Source: Candidatus Aenigmatarchaeota archaeon (GTDB lineage: Archaea > Aenigmatarchaeota > Aenigmatarchaeia > QMZP01 > QMZT01). Taken from it: 62,550 bases of DNA. The stretch spans positions 1 through 62,550 of the forward strand of contig JBGPQP010000007.1 of the NCBI GenBank assembly GCA_041489155.1, read 5' to 3'. Made by a program: the position numbers and the translations under genes. The notes beneath the pieces are model-generated. The model was not told where the DNA came from. It ran no database searches and saw only the letters and a program-made list of their open reading frames with translations. Below, piece by piece: positions 48,577 to 58,475 of the stretch. The first letter of the stretch is position 1. Each line of letters begins with the position of its first letter.

Positions 48577-48700
48577 GCCGCCCGCCCTTTTCTTTTTTAT
48601 TCAGAAAAGGTAGAGGGCAGAAAACAGATATTATGGGAGGAAACGAAATATTCAATAAGGCTTAAAAGCCTGGCTGACAGAAGAATATAATTTGATAATT

Positions 48701-49630
48701 ATGATATGCCTGATTGCCCTCGTGGTATTTGGCGTACTCGGCGTTTTCAGCGCCAAGTACAGGACCATCGCCAAAGAAGCGTTTGACTGCGTTTTCAAGC
48801 GGCTCACGCTTCGCAAATGCACGACCGGCCTTGACAAGCGCCTGAAGTCTCAGATAACCGGCAAGGTCATGCGGAAGCATCCGCGCTTCGGCGCAGCGGT
48901 CTACAAAAACTTCGAGGTGATTTCATGGGCCTTTACCATAGCCATGATACTGAGCCTCGGCTACTCGGCGTACAGCATAGGCAATCTTTTTGTTTACGGC
49001 AACTGTAACGGCCCGATACCCGATGCCTTCTGTGTTTTTGACCCCATTATTCACGGAGGTGTTCAAGGCGAATGTACAGTCGAGGGGACGAAAGGTGAGA
49101 TAGTCGGTGTTCTGACTGTCCACCCGGACGACCCGGCGATAGGACCGGAAACGGCAAAGGTCACTATAATAGAAGCCGGATGTTTTGCATGCCCCTTTAC
49201 AAAACAAGCAGTCCCGACCATCAAGCAGGTAATCTCTTACTACGGAGACAGAGTGCGCTTCATTTACAAGGACTTCCCGATGAGCTCTTCCCATCCGGGT
49301 GCGCAGGAAGCGGCGGAGGCGTCGCATTGCGCCCGCGAGCAGGGCAAATACTGGGAATATTTCGACCTTCTGTTCGACAATCAAGGCAAGACAAGTTTCG
49401 ATGATCTCATAGGCTTCGCGAGGCAGCTGAACTTGGATGAAAGCCAGTTCTCAGAATGCCTCACGACGCACAAATACAAGGCGAAGGTCGACGCCGACTT
49501 CAGCGAGGGCTTCAAGATAGGCATATACGGAACGCCGACGTTCTTCATAAACGACCAGGTCGTCGTCGGGCCCAAGAGCTTCAACGAGTTCAAGACGATA
49601 ATAGACAGCGAGCTGGCAAAAGGTGGCTGA
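48701..49630 (+). CDS. Membrane-anchored DsbA/thioredoxin-fold oxidoreductase
   Basis: DDPAIGPETAKVTIIEAGCFACPFT, KDFP, AAEASHCA, GTPTFFIN. Confidence 0.85.
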   Translation: MICLIALVVFGVLGVFSAKYRTIAKEAFDCVFKRLTLRKCTTGLDKRLKSQITGKVMRKHPRFGAAVYKNFEVISWAFTIAMILSLGYSAYSIGNLFVYGNCNGPIPDAFCVFDPIIHGGVQGECTVEGTKGEIVGVLTVHPDDPAIGPETAKVTIIEAGCFACPFTKQAVPTIKQVISYYGDRVRFIYKDFPMSSSHPGAQEAAEASHCAREQGKYWEYFDLLFDNQGKTSFDDLIGFARQLNLDESQFSECLTTHKYKAKVDADFSEGFKIGIYGTPTFFINDQVVVGPKSFNEFKTIIDSELAKGG

Positions 49631-50842
49631 ATGGGAATTAACGTCGAAAAGATAAGACAGGACTTCCCTGTCCTGCAGAAACAGTTCAACGGCAAGCCGA
49701 TAATTTATTTCGATAATGCATGCATGACGCTGCGACCGATGCAGGTAATCGACAAGATAAGGGAATATTACCTCGAATATCCTGCATGCGGCGAGCGCAG
49801 CCTGCACAAGCTGGGCAAGCGCGTCGACGAAAACGTGGACAAGGCGAGGGAAACGCTCAGAAAATTCATAAACGTGAAGAGCGCGAAAGAGCTCGTTCTC
49901 ACAAAAAACACGACCGAGGGCATAAACCTCGTCGCTAATTCATTCGCTTTCAAGGCGGGAGACGTCGTGCTGGGCACTGACAAAGAGCACAACTCGAATC
50001 TCCTCCCGTGGCAGAAGCTCGCATCGAAGGGTGTGGTTTACGATTTTGTTGAAGCCGATGAGGACAACATTTTTTCCATCGAGAACTTCAAGCAGAAGCT
50101 CAACAAAAAGGTCAGGCTGGTCGCGATGGTCATGACGTCTAACATGGACGGGACCAGTGTTCCTGCAAAGGAAATCGTGAAAATGGCGCACGACAACGGC
50201 TCGCTCGTCCTTTTCGACGCTGCGCAGGCGGTGCCGCACCACGAAGTCGATGTCAGAAAGCTGGACGCCGACTTCCTCGCTTTTTCAGGACACAAGATGA
50301 TGGGGCCGTCCGGGACTGGCATCCTTTACGGCAAGGAGCATCTGCTCGAGGAGCTTTCGCCTTTCATAGTCGGCGGCGGGACTGTCATTGATTCGACGCA
50401 CACCACCGCGAAATTCGAGGAGCTGCCGCACAGGTTCGAAGCCGGGCTGCAGGACTACGCCGGCATAATCGGCCTAGGTGAAGCGGCGAATTACCTCATG
50501 AAAGCCGGTCGCGAAAACGTCGAGAAGCATGAAACCATGCTCAACAAGATCGTTACGGAAGGCCTCGCCGGCGTGGTCGACGTAATCGGCCCTAAAGACG
50601 CCGGCAAACGCTCGGGCATATTCAGCTTCAACTACTGCGGCGCCGACCCGCATGAAATCGCGCTTATGCTGGACCAGCTGGAAAACATCTGCGTCCGGTC
50701 AGGAGCGCATTGCGTCCATTCGTGGTTCAACGCGCACAACATGAAAGGCAGCGTGCGCGCTTCTTTCTATCTGTACAACACGCCAGGAGAATGCGAGAAG
50801 TTCGTCGAGACTGCAAAGAAGGTTATCGGCATAGTGAAATGA
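49631..50842 (+). CDS. sufS: Cysteine desulfurase, SufS/CsdA type
   Basis: YFDNA, EHNSN, DAAQ, SGHKM, FEAG, RSGAHC. Confidence 0.88.
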   Translation: MGINVEKIRQDFPVLQKQFNGKPIIYFDNACMTLRPMQVIDKIREYYLEYPACGERSLHKLGKRVDENVDKARETLRKFINVKSAKELVLTKNTTEGINLVANSFAFKAGDVVLGTDKEHNSNLLPWQKLASKGVVYDFVEADEDNIFSIENFKQKLNKKVRLVAMVMTSNMDGTSVPAKEIVKMAHDNGSLVLFDAAQAVPHHEVDVRKLDADFLAFSGHKMMGPSGTGILYGKEHLLEELSPFIVGGGTVIDSTHTTAKFEELPHRFEAGLQDYAGIIGLGEAANYLMKAGRENVEKHETMLNKIVTEGLAGVVDVIGPKDAGKRSGIFSFNYCGADPHEIALMLDQLENICVRSGAHCVHSWFNAHNMKGSVRASFYLYNTPGECEKFVETAKKVIGIVK

Positions 50843-51002
50843 ACCGAAAATTAATTTAAACCGGATTACCAATTTATTAATAGCGACCTTTGGTATGACG
50901 CCTCCTGTAAGATACATCAGAATCGTGAAGTAAATAAACGAAAAGTTTGAAACTGCCTTTTGCTCAAAACTATTTATATAACAGTGTTATATATTGACTA
51001 CT

Positions 51003-52199
51003 ATGAAAAGTTCCAAAAGTTCTGGCATAATATATCTCGACAACGGCAAAACGACCGAAGTCGACCCGGCAGTTCTGACAGAAATGAATAAATATTTCAC
51101 GCAGTACTACGGCGTTCCTTCTGCGACGGAATACGGCCATTCGTTCGGCCTCAAGATCAGGGAAGACGTCGAGAAGGCAAAGGCAACGATCGCGAAAAAG
51201 ATCAACGCCGACCCATCCGAAATCGTCTTCACCTCAGGCGAGACCGAGAACGACAACCTCGCGATAAAGGGTGTCTGCTTCGCAAAGCCGCTGGCTGCCG
51301 GGAAGAAGATGAGAATCGTAACGACTAAGATCGAGCGCAAGCCCGTTCTCGACGTTTTCAAAACGCTGGAAGCGATGGGCTGCTACGAAGCGATTTATAT
51401 CGGCGTGGATGGCGAGGGCTTCGTAAAGATAAACGAACTGGAAAAAGCGGTGAACAAAGACACTGCGCTTGTCGCGGTTCAGCATGCGAATCCCGAAATA
51501 GGAACGATGCAGGACATCGCGAAAATAGGCGAGCTGTGCAGAAGCAGGGGAGCGGTTTTTTATGTTGATGCAACTCAATCCTTCACCAGAGAAAAGATAG
51601 ACGTAAAGCAGATGCACATCGATGTTCTATCGATATCGTCGGACAAAATCCACGGCCCTAAGGGCGTGGGAGCGCTTTACGTGCGCAGCGGCCTTCGCCT
51701 GCAGCGCCTGTTTGAAGGCGGGGAAAGCGCAGATGACCCGAGGCCCGCTGGCATTCCGAACGTGCCGGGAATAATGGGCTTCGCGAAAGCAGTTGAAATC
51801 GCTGATGAAAAAGACAACGAAGCGATGCAAAAGCTGAGAGATTATTTGATAAGCGAATTGCTGAAAATACCGAACACGCGGCTCAACGGTTCGAGGGAAA
51901 AGCGCCTGTGCAACAACGTCAATGTAAGCTTCAGGTTTGTGGAAGGCGAAAGCCTACTCATGCTGCTTGACGAGAAAAAGATAGTGGCGACCACCGGCTC
52001 GGCGTGCTATTCATCGAACCTGCAGCCCAGCCACGTGATACTCGCGCTCGGCCTCGCGCATGAGGATGCGCACGGCTCGCTCAGGCTGACGCTTTCAAAG
52101 TTCAACACAATGCAGGAAATGAAATACGCCGTCAAAACAGCGAGAGACGTAGTGGAGCAGTTGAGAAAAATAAGCCCCTTCAGCGCAGTTAAAGAATAG
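51003..52199 (+). CDS. iscS: IscS/NifS-type cysteine desulfurase (divergent)
   Basis: YLDN, DATQ, SDKIHGPKG, EGESL, TTGSAC, PSHV, GSLRL. Confidence 0.82.
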   Translation: MKSSKSSGIIYLDNGKTTEVDPAVLTEMNKYFTQYYGVPSATEYGHSFGLKIREDVEKAKATIAKKINADPSEIVFTSGETENDNLAIKGVCFAKPLAAGKKMRIVTTKIERKPVLDVFKTLEAMGCYEAIYIGVDGEGFVKINELEKAVNKDTALVAVQHANPEIGTMQDIAKIGELCRSRGAVFYVDATQSFTREKIDVKQMHIDVLSISSDKIHGPKGVGALYVRSGLRLQRLFEGGESADDPRPAGIPNVPGIMGFAKAVEIADEKDNEAMQKLRDYLISELLKIPNTRLNGSREKRLCNNVNVSFRFVEGESLLMLLDEKKIVATTGSACYSSNLQPSHVILALGLAHEDAHGSLRLTLSKFNTMQEMKYAVKTARDVVEQLRKISPFSAVKE

Positions 52200-52243
52200 A
52201 TAAGAGTGAAGTCAAATAGTAATACAATGGCAAGGTTTTTCTT

Positions 52244-53305
52244 ATGAAAAAATCAGCAAAGGAAAAGCAGGAACATGCGTGCGCAACATGCCAGGCGGCG
52301 CCAGCAAAAAAGTGGTATAAGGAAAGGGTATTCATAATTTTAGCATTCGCGGCAGCTTTGCTGACTGCAGCGTACGTGTTCGAAACGACAAGGCCGTTTA
52401 CCTTCGCCTTCTTCGACTACCTCGGGATGATATGGTGGGCGCTGCTGCTGGGCTTCCTGCTTGGCGGCCTGATTGAATACTACATACCGAAGGAATACAT
52501 TCAGAGGTATTTTTCAGTCCACAAGAAGAGGACGATATTCTACTCCGTCGGGCTTGGCTTCCTGATGTCCGCATGCTCTCACGGCATACTGGCGATATCT
52601 ATGGAGCTGTACAGGAAGGGCGCTTCGACGGCGTCGGTAATCGCGTTCCTGCTCGCTTCGCCGTGGGCCAACCTTCCTGTCACCATCCTGCTGTTCGGTT
52701 TCTTCGGGCTCAAGGCCCTTTACATCGTGGTATCCGCGATAATAATAGCGATAATAACCGGCCTTATTTATCAGATCCTTGACAGGAAATGCATAATCGA
52801 ATGCAAGAGCCACAACCTGAAGGTCGACGAGAAGTTCTCGATCAGGAAAGACGTGGGTAGGAGGTTCGGAGGCTATAAGTTCACCGCGGCCAATCTGAAA
52901 ACCGACTTCAAAGGTGTCATGAAAGGCTCATGGGCGCTCACCAAAATGATCATGTGGTGGATCATACTGGGCATGCTCATGGCCAGCTTTGCGCGCGCGT
53001 TCGTGACGCACGAGTTGTTTATGATGTATCTGGGCCCGACCGTTCTTGGTATGATCTTAACGCTTGTCGTGGCGACGGTGATAGAAGTCTGCTCAGAGGG
53101 CTCGTCGCCGCTGGCCTTCGAGATATACAAGCAGACGGGCGCCTTCGGCAACGCGTTCGTCTTCCTTAACGGGGGCGTATCCACGGACTACACGGAAATC
53201 GGTATCATATGGTCCAACATAGGCAGGCGCGCTGCGCTTCTGCTGCCCGTTATAACCGTGCCGCAGATACTGCTTCTGGGATGGCTGTTCAACGTCTTTT
53301 TGTAG
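52244..53305 (+). CDS. Predicted permease (DUF318/ArsP-like)
   Basis: Two repeats with SACSHG and EVCSEG, AFLLASP; N-terminal CATC. Confidence 0.8.
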   Translation: MKKSAKEKQEHACATCQAAPAKKWYKERVFIILAFAAALLTAAYVFETTRPFTFAFFDYLGMIWWALLLGFLLGGLIEYYIPKEYIQRYFSVHKKRTIFYSVGLGFLMSACSHGILAISMELYRKGASTASVIAFLLASPWANLPVTILLFGFFGLKALYIVVSAIIIAIITGLIYQILDRKCIIECKSHNLKVDEKFSIRKDVGRRFGGYKFTAANLKTDFKGVMKGSWALTKMIMWWIILGMLMASFARAFVTHELFMMYLGPTVLGMILTLVVATVIEVCSEGSSPLAFEIYKQTGAFGNAFVFLNGGVSTDYTEIGIIWSNIGRRAALLLPVITVPQILLLGWLFNVFL

Positions 53306-53449
53306 GTTTAAGATGGCAGAGAATTTACATGTCTCTTGACTCCGAAAGCTAGGAGCAGATGAACATGTTCGGAGAACTTACCGGGTGCAAAATCTGATTT
53401 TTGACCTTTGGCGCCATGCGTTTATTAATTTTGAGGGGCAATTATTTTC

Positions 53450-53833
53450 ATGGTGAAAAGCTACGCGAGGGGGCGGAGATTCGAATATCATGTTGTCGAC
53501 AAACTCGCGAAGCACGGCATAAAGAGCAGGCGCATCGTCCTTTCCGGCCGCCAGCCTGCGTACGGGCAGCAGCCGATTTCTGACGTACCAAACTGCGACA
53601 TAATAGTCGAAGAGCGCTTTAAGGGAAAGGCGAAGACGACGAAGGCGAAGAAATACGTCTCCTTCCCCGAAAAGGAGATACTTGAACTCGAGAACGGGCA
53701 GGTCAATTTCCTGGTTTTCAACTATTCCAGAACGAATCCTTTCGTCGTCATACGCTTCGATGACTTCGTGGAGCTCGTGAAACTCTGGAAGGCGCGCGGA
53801 GCATCTAGTCCTTCTTCTGTTCAATCGCCCTGA
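53450..53833 (+). CDS. Hjc-like PD-(D/E)xK nuclease-fold protein
   Basis: YARGRRFE, RRIVLSG, PNCDII; the ExK motif appears as KAK. Confidence 0.6.
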   Translation: MVKSYARGRRFEYHVVDKLAKHGIKSRRIVLSGRQPAYGQQPISDVPNCDIIVEERFKGKAKTTKAKKYVSFPEKEILELENGQVNFLVFNYSRTNPFVVIRFDDFVELVKLWKARGASSPSSVQSP

Positions 53834-54545
53834 TTTTTCTCAGGTAATCATCCTTCATAAGCTTCAGCGATTCTGTCATCGCTTTCTCTTTCGGGTCGTT
53901 CCTACCCCTCGCCGCCTCAAGCATCCTGTTTATATCGATGATATGTTTCTCGCACAGCGCAGTCTCGAATCTGCGGACGTAGGGAACCGGGTAGGCTTTG
54001 TGCGCCCATATGTCGTCCAGCATCTCATCGATTTTCGGATCGCTTCCTACTTCGTATTCGCCAACGTCTGCCTCGCACGCGTATTGTTTCGCTAGTTTCC
54101 TTGCTTTCCCAAGTATGTAGAAATTATATACCTCGAAAAACCTCGACACCATCCTGAACCTGCTCATAAAGAAGCCGATGACTATCAGGAAGAATATGTA
54201 GTAGTTTATGAAAAGGAAAGAGTAGATGAGAGCCAGCAACACGGGGAATACGAGAACCATAAAAGATACTGAGCCGATGGTCCAGAAAACCAGCACGATG
54301 TACGGGAGAAGGTAAACCTTTATCACCCTTATCGGCTCGGCGACTTCCCTGTAGTTTTTGTAAAAATAATGCGCCACGATAAGGCTTGAGGCACAGTAGA
54401 AAGCGGTGAGGCCGAAAAAGCTCAGGGATTCGAAGCTGCCATAGGTGAAAAGCATCATGCCTGCGGTAAGGGAGAAAACAGCGAGGGAGAAGAAAAGGTA
54501 ATGAAAGGTTTTCAGGTAAGAAATGCTTACGTAAATCCTTTCCAT
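53805..54545 (-). CDS. Hypothetical membrane protein
   Basis: About 4 TM helices plus soluble C-terminus. Confidence 0.7.
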   Translation of the reverse strand: MERIYVSISYLKTFHYLFFSLAVFSLTAGMMLFTYGSFESLSFFGLTAFYCASSLIVAHYFYKNYREVAEPIRVIKVYLLPYIVLVFWTIGSVSFMVLVFPVLLALIYSFLFINYYIFFLIVIGFFMSRFRMVSRFFEVYNFYILGKARKLAKQYACEADVGEYEVGSDPKIDEMLDDIWAHKAYPVPYVRRFETALCEKHIIDINRMLEAARGRNDPKEKAMTESLKLMKDDYLRKIRAIEQKKD

Positions 54546-54556
54546 ACCGAGACCTG

Positions 54557-55066
54557 CTAAGCTCCACCGAAAACGGAGAGCACCCACTGCATGCCGTAAT
54601 ATCCGCCGAGGGCCAGAGAAAGGTTGAGTATCAGCTTGCCGATAAGCGATGCTATGAAGAATTTCCTGATGTCGTACTTTATCGCGCCGCAGAATACTCC
54701 GACCACGTCATCCGGAAGCGGGGTGGCAGCAAAAATAACGATGACAACGAATGCCTTGTATTTTTCCATCCATGCATTCGCCTTCCTCAACCATCTCTCG
54801 TGCTTTTTTTCGATTGCCTTCTTGCCAACGAGGCCGATGCCATATCCTGTCAGTTCGCCAAGCGCGCAGCCGAAGGCGGCGGCAATTCCAACGAACCATG
54901 GGTTCAAAACAGCTCCCATGGCGAAGACCAGCAGGAAACTCGGGACCGGGAGCAGCACCGTTGCTGATCCGACAAGGTTCACGATGAATATGCCCGCATA
55001 CCCCCAGGCAGCAGCGATGGACTGCGACCATGCTGAAAACGCGGCAAAAAGGGAGGCCAAATCCAT
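54557..55066 (-). CDS. DedA/VTT (SNARE-associated) membrane protein
   Basis: LGELTGYGIG, AATPLPDDVVG, LIGK. Confidence 0.85.
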   Translation of the reverse strand: MDLASLFAAFSAWSQSIAAAWGYAGIFIVNLVGSATVLLPVPSFLLVFAMGAVLNPWFVGIAAAFGCALGELTGYGIGLVGKKAIEKKHERWLRKANAWMEKYKAFVVIVIFAATPLPDDVVGVFCGAIKYDIRKFFIASLIGKLILNLSLALGGYYGMQWVLSVFGGA

Positions 55067-55099
55067 ATAGAATATTTATCCGCGCGTTAATATAATACC

Positions 55100-55384
55100 A
55101 TGGAAAGCGAGACTTTGCAAACAAAATCGCCGTGGATGGCTGCATTTATGAATTTCGTTGTGTGGGGCTCGGGCTACGTTTACATAAGGCACAGGATGGT
55201 GCTGGGCGTGGGCCTTGTGCTGGTGATGATTTTCAACGTGCTGATATTGCTGACCATACCAGATGTGATAATCCTGAGCAGTTCGGAGCTGTTTTTCCTC
55301 TGGATTTCTTTTCTGTGGACGAGCCTCAGCCTGTTGTTCGCGATAGACGTTTACAGGGAAACGAGGGAACTCAACAAAATATGA
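55100..55384 (+). CDS. Small membrane protein (TM2-like N-terminus)
   Basis: KSPWMAAFMNFVVWGSGYVY. Confidence 0.7.
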   Translation: MESETLQTKSPWMAAFMNFVVWGSGYVYIRHRMVLGVGLVLVMIFNVLILLTIPDVIILSSSELFFLWISFLWTSLSLLFAIDVYRETRELNKI

Positions 55385-55480
55385 TTTTGCACTGCTCAAC
55401 CTTTACTCAGAAACGGGTTATAGAAGGAATATAAAGCTTTATCGCCGTTAATAAATTCGACAAAGATGTGTGGGGATTAA

Positions 55481-55624
55481 ATGGACAAATGGAAATGCGG
55501 CAGTTGCAATTACATCGTGGTTGCGAAGGACGTGCCGAGGATTTGCCCGAACTGCGGGCACAAGACGGAATTCGAGCTTTTCAACGAGCTTCTCCCACCG
55601 TTCACGCCGATTTACGACGAGTGA
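55481..55624 (+). CDS. Rubredoxin-like small protein (47 aa)
   Basis: Manual translation MDKWKCGSCNYIVVAKDVPRICPNCGHKTEFELF...; below ORF-track cutoff. Confidence 0.8.
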   Translation: MDKWKCGSCNYIVVAKDVPRICPNCGHKTEFELFNELLPPFTPIYDE

Positions 55625-55685
55625 GATAGTTCTTCTTCTGAGCAAAATATAATGAAAAGAAAAAGAAGAATAAAAATCAAAAGCT

Positions 55686-56852
55686 TTAACCGCAACCGCC
55701 GCTGGCTGTAGCCGAAGTGTCACCAAGCGACTGGCTGCATTCCGACGGCGGGCTGTTGAAGCCGGAGCATATCGCGGCCTTGTAATCTTCCGGCGCACGG
55801 CCTCCGCTGTATTCAGCGTCGTTTATGAAGACGCTCGGAGAGCCCTGCACGCCGTATTCCTGGTTAAGATCATACTCTGTTTTCGCGAGAGCGACGCCCT
55901 CGTTCTGCTGGCACTGGCTTATCTTGGTCGTGTCTATGGAGTATTTCTTTGCGACCGCTTCCCAGCATGTGTCCACGTTGGCCGAGGTGCATGCGTTGTT
56001 CACGTCGGCAAGGAAGTCAAAGAACTTGTCGTGGGTTTCGTACTTCCATATGCACAGCTCGCGGATATCCTCGTTTACCTCCTGTATGCCGTGCATCGAG
56101 CAGTATGAGCCGTTCGCTATGCAGTAATCGGATCCGCCGCCCCTGTAGTTGGCGTATATAACATAGTGAGGTTCCCATGTGACCTTGTCCTTGAGCAGCT
56201 GGTACACGGGTATAAGACCTGTTTCGGCCTGGTTGCCGTACGGACAGTAGGACATCACGAAGAATTTCACGTTAGTCTTGTCAGCCTTTGGTATGGTCGT
56301 TGAAGGTTGCTGCGTGTTGTCAGTCGGAGGCGTGAGGTTCTTGGCCTGGTTGCATAGCTGGGTGTTGCTTGTTATAAGGCATACCTGCGTCTTGAACGTG
56401 TATTCATCCCCGACGCCGGATATTGTCGCGTTGCCTCCGTAAACCATGAAATAACCCGGGTTCTCTATTGCCTGCCCGAAACCGGTTTTAACGAAAGGTA
56501 TGTTGAGCGTTTTCGCAACTTCCCTCACCATCGGTTCCAGTGCGGCGCAGTTCGTGCAGCCCGGAGGCGATATGAAAACCAGCTCATCGCCGGTTTTTGC
56601 CGATGAAAAACCTCCCATCGACGTTGCTATATAGCCGATCGCGAAAAATACAGCCGCGATCACAACAAAGGAAACGATTTTCATGTAGTTCTGATAGAAA
56701 TTCGGATGCTTTCCGCCTTCCTTGTGCTCATGATGTTCGTGATGCTCAGCCTCGTGCCCGGCAGCGTGTTCGTGATGCTCCGGGTGCTCGGCATGAGTCT
56801 CATGATGCTCAGAATGCGGAACTTCGTGATGCCTTCTCTTTGACATAGACAT
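55686..56852 (-). CDS. Membrane-anchored double thioredoxin/GILT-like protein with His-rich N-terminus
   Basis: His/Glu-rich leader, TM helix, CTNC domain, VMSYCPYG, CSMHG, VQGSPSVFIN. Confidence 0.75.
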   Translation of the reverse strand: MSMSKRRHHEVPHSEHHETHAEHPEHHEHAAGHEAEHHEHHEHKEGGKHPNFYQNYMKIVSFVVIAAVFFAIGYIATSMGGFSSAKTGDELVFISPPGCTNCAALEPMVREVAKTLNIPFVKTGFGQAIENPGYFMVYGGNATISGVGDEYTFKTQVCLITSNTQLCNQAKNLTPPTDNTQQPSTTIPKADKTNVKFFVMSYCPYGNQAETGLIPVYQLLKDKVTWEPHYVIYANYRGGGSDYCIANGSYCSMHGIQEVNEDIRELCIWKYETHDKFFDFLADVNNACTSANVDTCWEAVAKKYSIDTTKISQCQQNEGVALAKTEYDLNQEYGVQGSPSVFINDAEYSGGRAPEDYKAAICSGFNSPPSECSQSLGDTSATASGGCG

Positions 56853-56919
56853 ACTTTTAGTGATGGTATTTAAATATTTTGACTATTTTCGCGGTCAAAA
56901 CCCGAAAAAGAATGGAAAT

Positions 56920-57330
56920 TTACTTGAAGTATTCCGCCGCCTCTTCAGTTGTCAGGTAGCGGAAGGTTATGACATCCCCATCGTTCGGATGGTAATAGTC
57001 GCAGCCAACTTCAGGCATGTTGCCGTTTACGAAATACATCCAGTAATGGCCGCTGTCCTGTGTAAGGCCGTTTATTGCTGTTATCAAAACGCCAGTGGAA
57101 TAAATTCTGTAATCGACAGTCGCCACGCGCTTGAGCGCATCGAAGGCTGTCTCCCTCGGCGTTACAGTTGTCTTATAAGTCGCCGTGCCAGCGCCGTTTT
57201 CGATGTTAACCGTGACCCCGAAGTTTCCAGCGCTTGATGCGGCGTAACCAGTTATGTTTGCCAGCTGTAGGCTTCCTATCGCGACCAGGACCACTATCAC
57301 GATGCCCGCCAGCAATAACTTTGAGTTCAT
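56920..57330 (-). CDS. DUF4430 / transcobalamin C-terminal-like exported protein
   Basis: TAFDAL, ITAING, YWMYFVNG, DGDVITF; N-terminal signal; GGAGG RBS. Confidence 0.8.
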   Translation of the reverse strand: MNSKLLLAGIVIVVLVAIGSLQLANITGYAASSAGNFGVTVNIENGAGTATYKTTVTPRETAFDALKRVATVDYRIYSTGVLITAINGLTQDSGHYWMYFVNGNMPEVGCDYYHPNDGDVITFRYLTTEEAAEYFK

Positions 57331-57952
57331 ACAGTATGTCCTCCCTATTTAGTTCTGAGAATTTATCTTTAAATGCGTATACTACCATCGCAAAACCCAT
57401 GCTGCTAGCGACGTGGATCACGCTGAAAGGCAGCGCTGGCACGAAGGCGAGCTCCCACGAAATCCAGCCGAACAGCAGGAGCCATGTGAGGTCAACCATT
57501 ATTTCGTAAAACACGGTGCCTGCCAGAACCGCGGTGAAAAACGAGTATTTCGACTGCGATATTTTACCCAGCGCCGCGCCCGTCAGCGCTGCAAGGCCGG
57601 TCCCCGCGACCTGGAAAAGCGTCCACGGTCCCTGGCCGCCCCACACGACGAAATTCGATAGGTAAAATGCGCCCATGCCGGAAGGCAGGGCATATTTGTA
57701 ACCGAAGAAGAAGCCTATCGCCACCGCCAGCGGAACGATGGGCTCGACGCTGGGAAGCCACTGGAATGCGGCGCGGCCGAGGATCCCGATGGACGTGAGA
57801 ACCGAAAGCTTAAGCGCGACGGCGACGAGGTTTTTCTGCATGAGCTTCTGTAAGGTGATCGTCAGTATGCCCTGCTTTTCTTCCTGCAAGTCTTTTTGTT
57901 CGGTTTCCCCGTCAAGCCTTTCTTCAAAAAGCTGCTCTGCTTTCTGTCGCAT
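57206..57952 (-). CDS. ECF transporter S-component (CbrT-like, probably cobalamin)
   Basis: GRAAFQWLPSVEP, SNFVVWGGQGPWTLFQ. Confidence 0.78.
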   Translation of the reverse strand: MRQKAEQLFEERLDGETEQKDLQEEKQGILTITLQKLMQKNLVAVALKLSVLTSIGILGRAAFQWLPSVEPIVPLAVAIGFFFGYKYALPSGMGAFYLSNFVVWGGQGPWTLFQVAGTGLAALTGAALGKISQSKYSFFTAVLAGTVFYEIMVDLTWLLLFGWISWELAFVPALPFSVIHVASSMGFAMVVYAFKDKFSELNREDILYELKVIAGGHRDSGPGRDRKPTAGKHNWLRRIKRWKLRGHG

Positions 57953-58462
57953 TCAGCTGTCCCTCTTCCTTCCGGTTATCGCGTGCTGGTCCGCGTATTT
58001 GCCAGCATAGCCGCTGCTTTCGTTGTCAAGTCTCATCAGAATCAGCTGGACGAAGCGTTTGCCCGCCTTTATCTTCACAGGAGAAGCATTCGCATTGAAA
58101 ACGCTGAGAGTCAGCGTGCCCCTGAAGCCCGGGTCGACCCAGCCCGCGTTGTTGAAGACGATTCCTATGCGCGACAGCGAGCTGCGCAGCTTGGTCATCC
58201 CTCCCACGTCGTTCGGCAGCTCTACGCGCTCAAGCGTGCGCAAGAGGACGTGCGTTCTGGGAGGGAGGACGATATCACTGGCCTTTATCTTTTCGTATTC
58301 CTGCTCCTTTTCGAAGTCGATGGCCTTTCCTTTCAGTATGAGTATTTCATCGGCAAGCCTGAGGTCGATGGAAGCGGGCTGTATCTGTTTCTCTTCAATG
58401 GGATCTATAACTAGCCTGCCTGAATTCAGCAGCTCCTTTATGGTTTTCTCCGAAAGAATCAT
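57953..58462 (-). CDS. dcd: dCTP deaminase / trimeric dUTPase family
   Basis: IQPASIDLRL, RSSLSRIG, DPGFRG, YAGKY. Confidence 0.88.
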   Translation of the reverse strand: MILSEKTIKELLNSGRLVIDPIEEKQIQPASIDLRLADEILILKGKAIDFEKEQEYEKIKASDIVLPPRTHVLLRTLERVELPNDVGGMTKLRSSLSRIGIVFNNAGWVDPGFRGTLTLSVFNANASPVKIKAGKRFVQLILMRLDNESSGYAGKYADQHAITGRKRDS

Positions 58463-58475
58463 GCGAGCACAACCT

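Noticed and set aside
50894..50932. 12-codon ORF MTPPVRYIRIVK between the desulfurases
   Set aside because: No Cys enrichment or attenuator structure; likely chance
53310..53400. Possible C/D-box sRNA (CAGATGA...CTGA)
   Set aside because: Box C is non-consensus and no D'/C' pair is correctly spaced
57206..57330. Frameshift fusion of the ECF S-component and DUF4430 genes
   Set aside because: The DUF4430 gene has its own GGAGG RBS and signal peptide, so a simple overlap is the more economical reading
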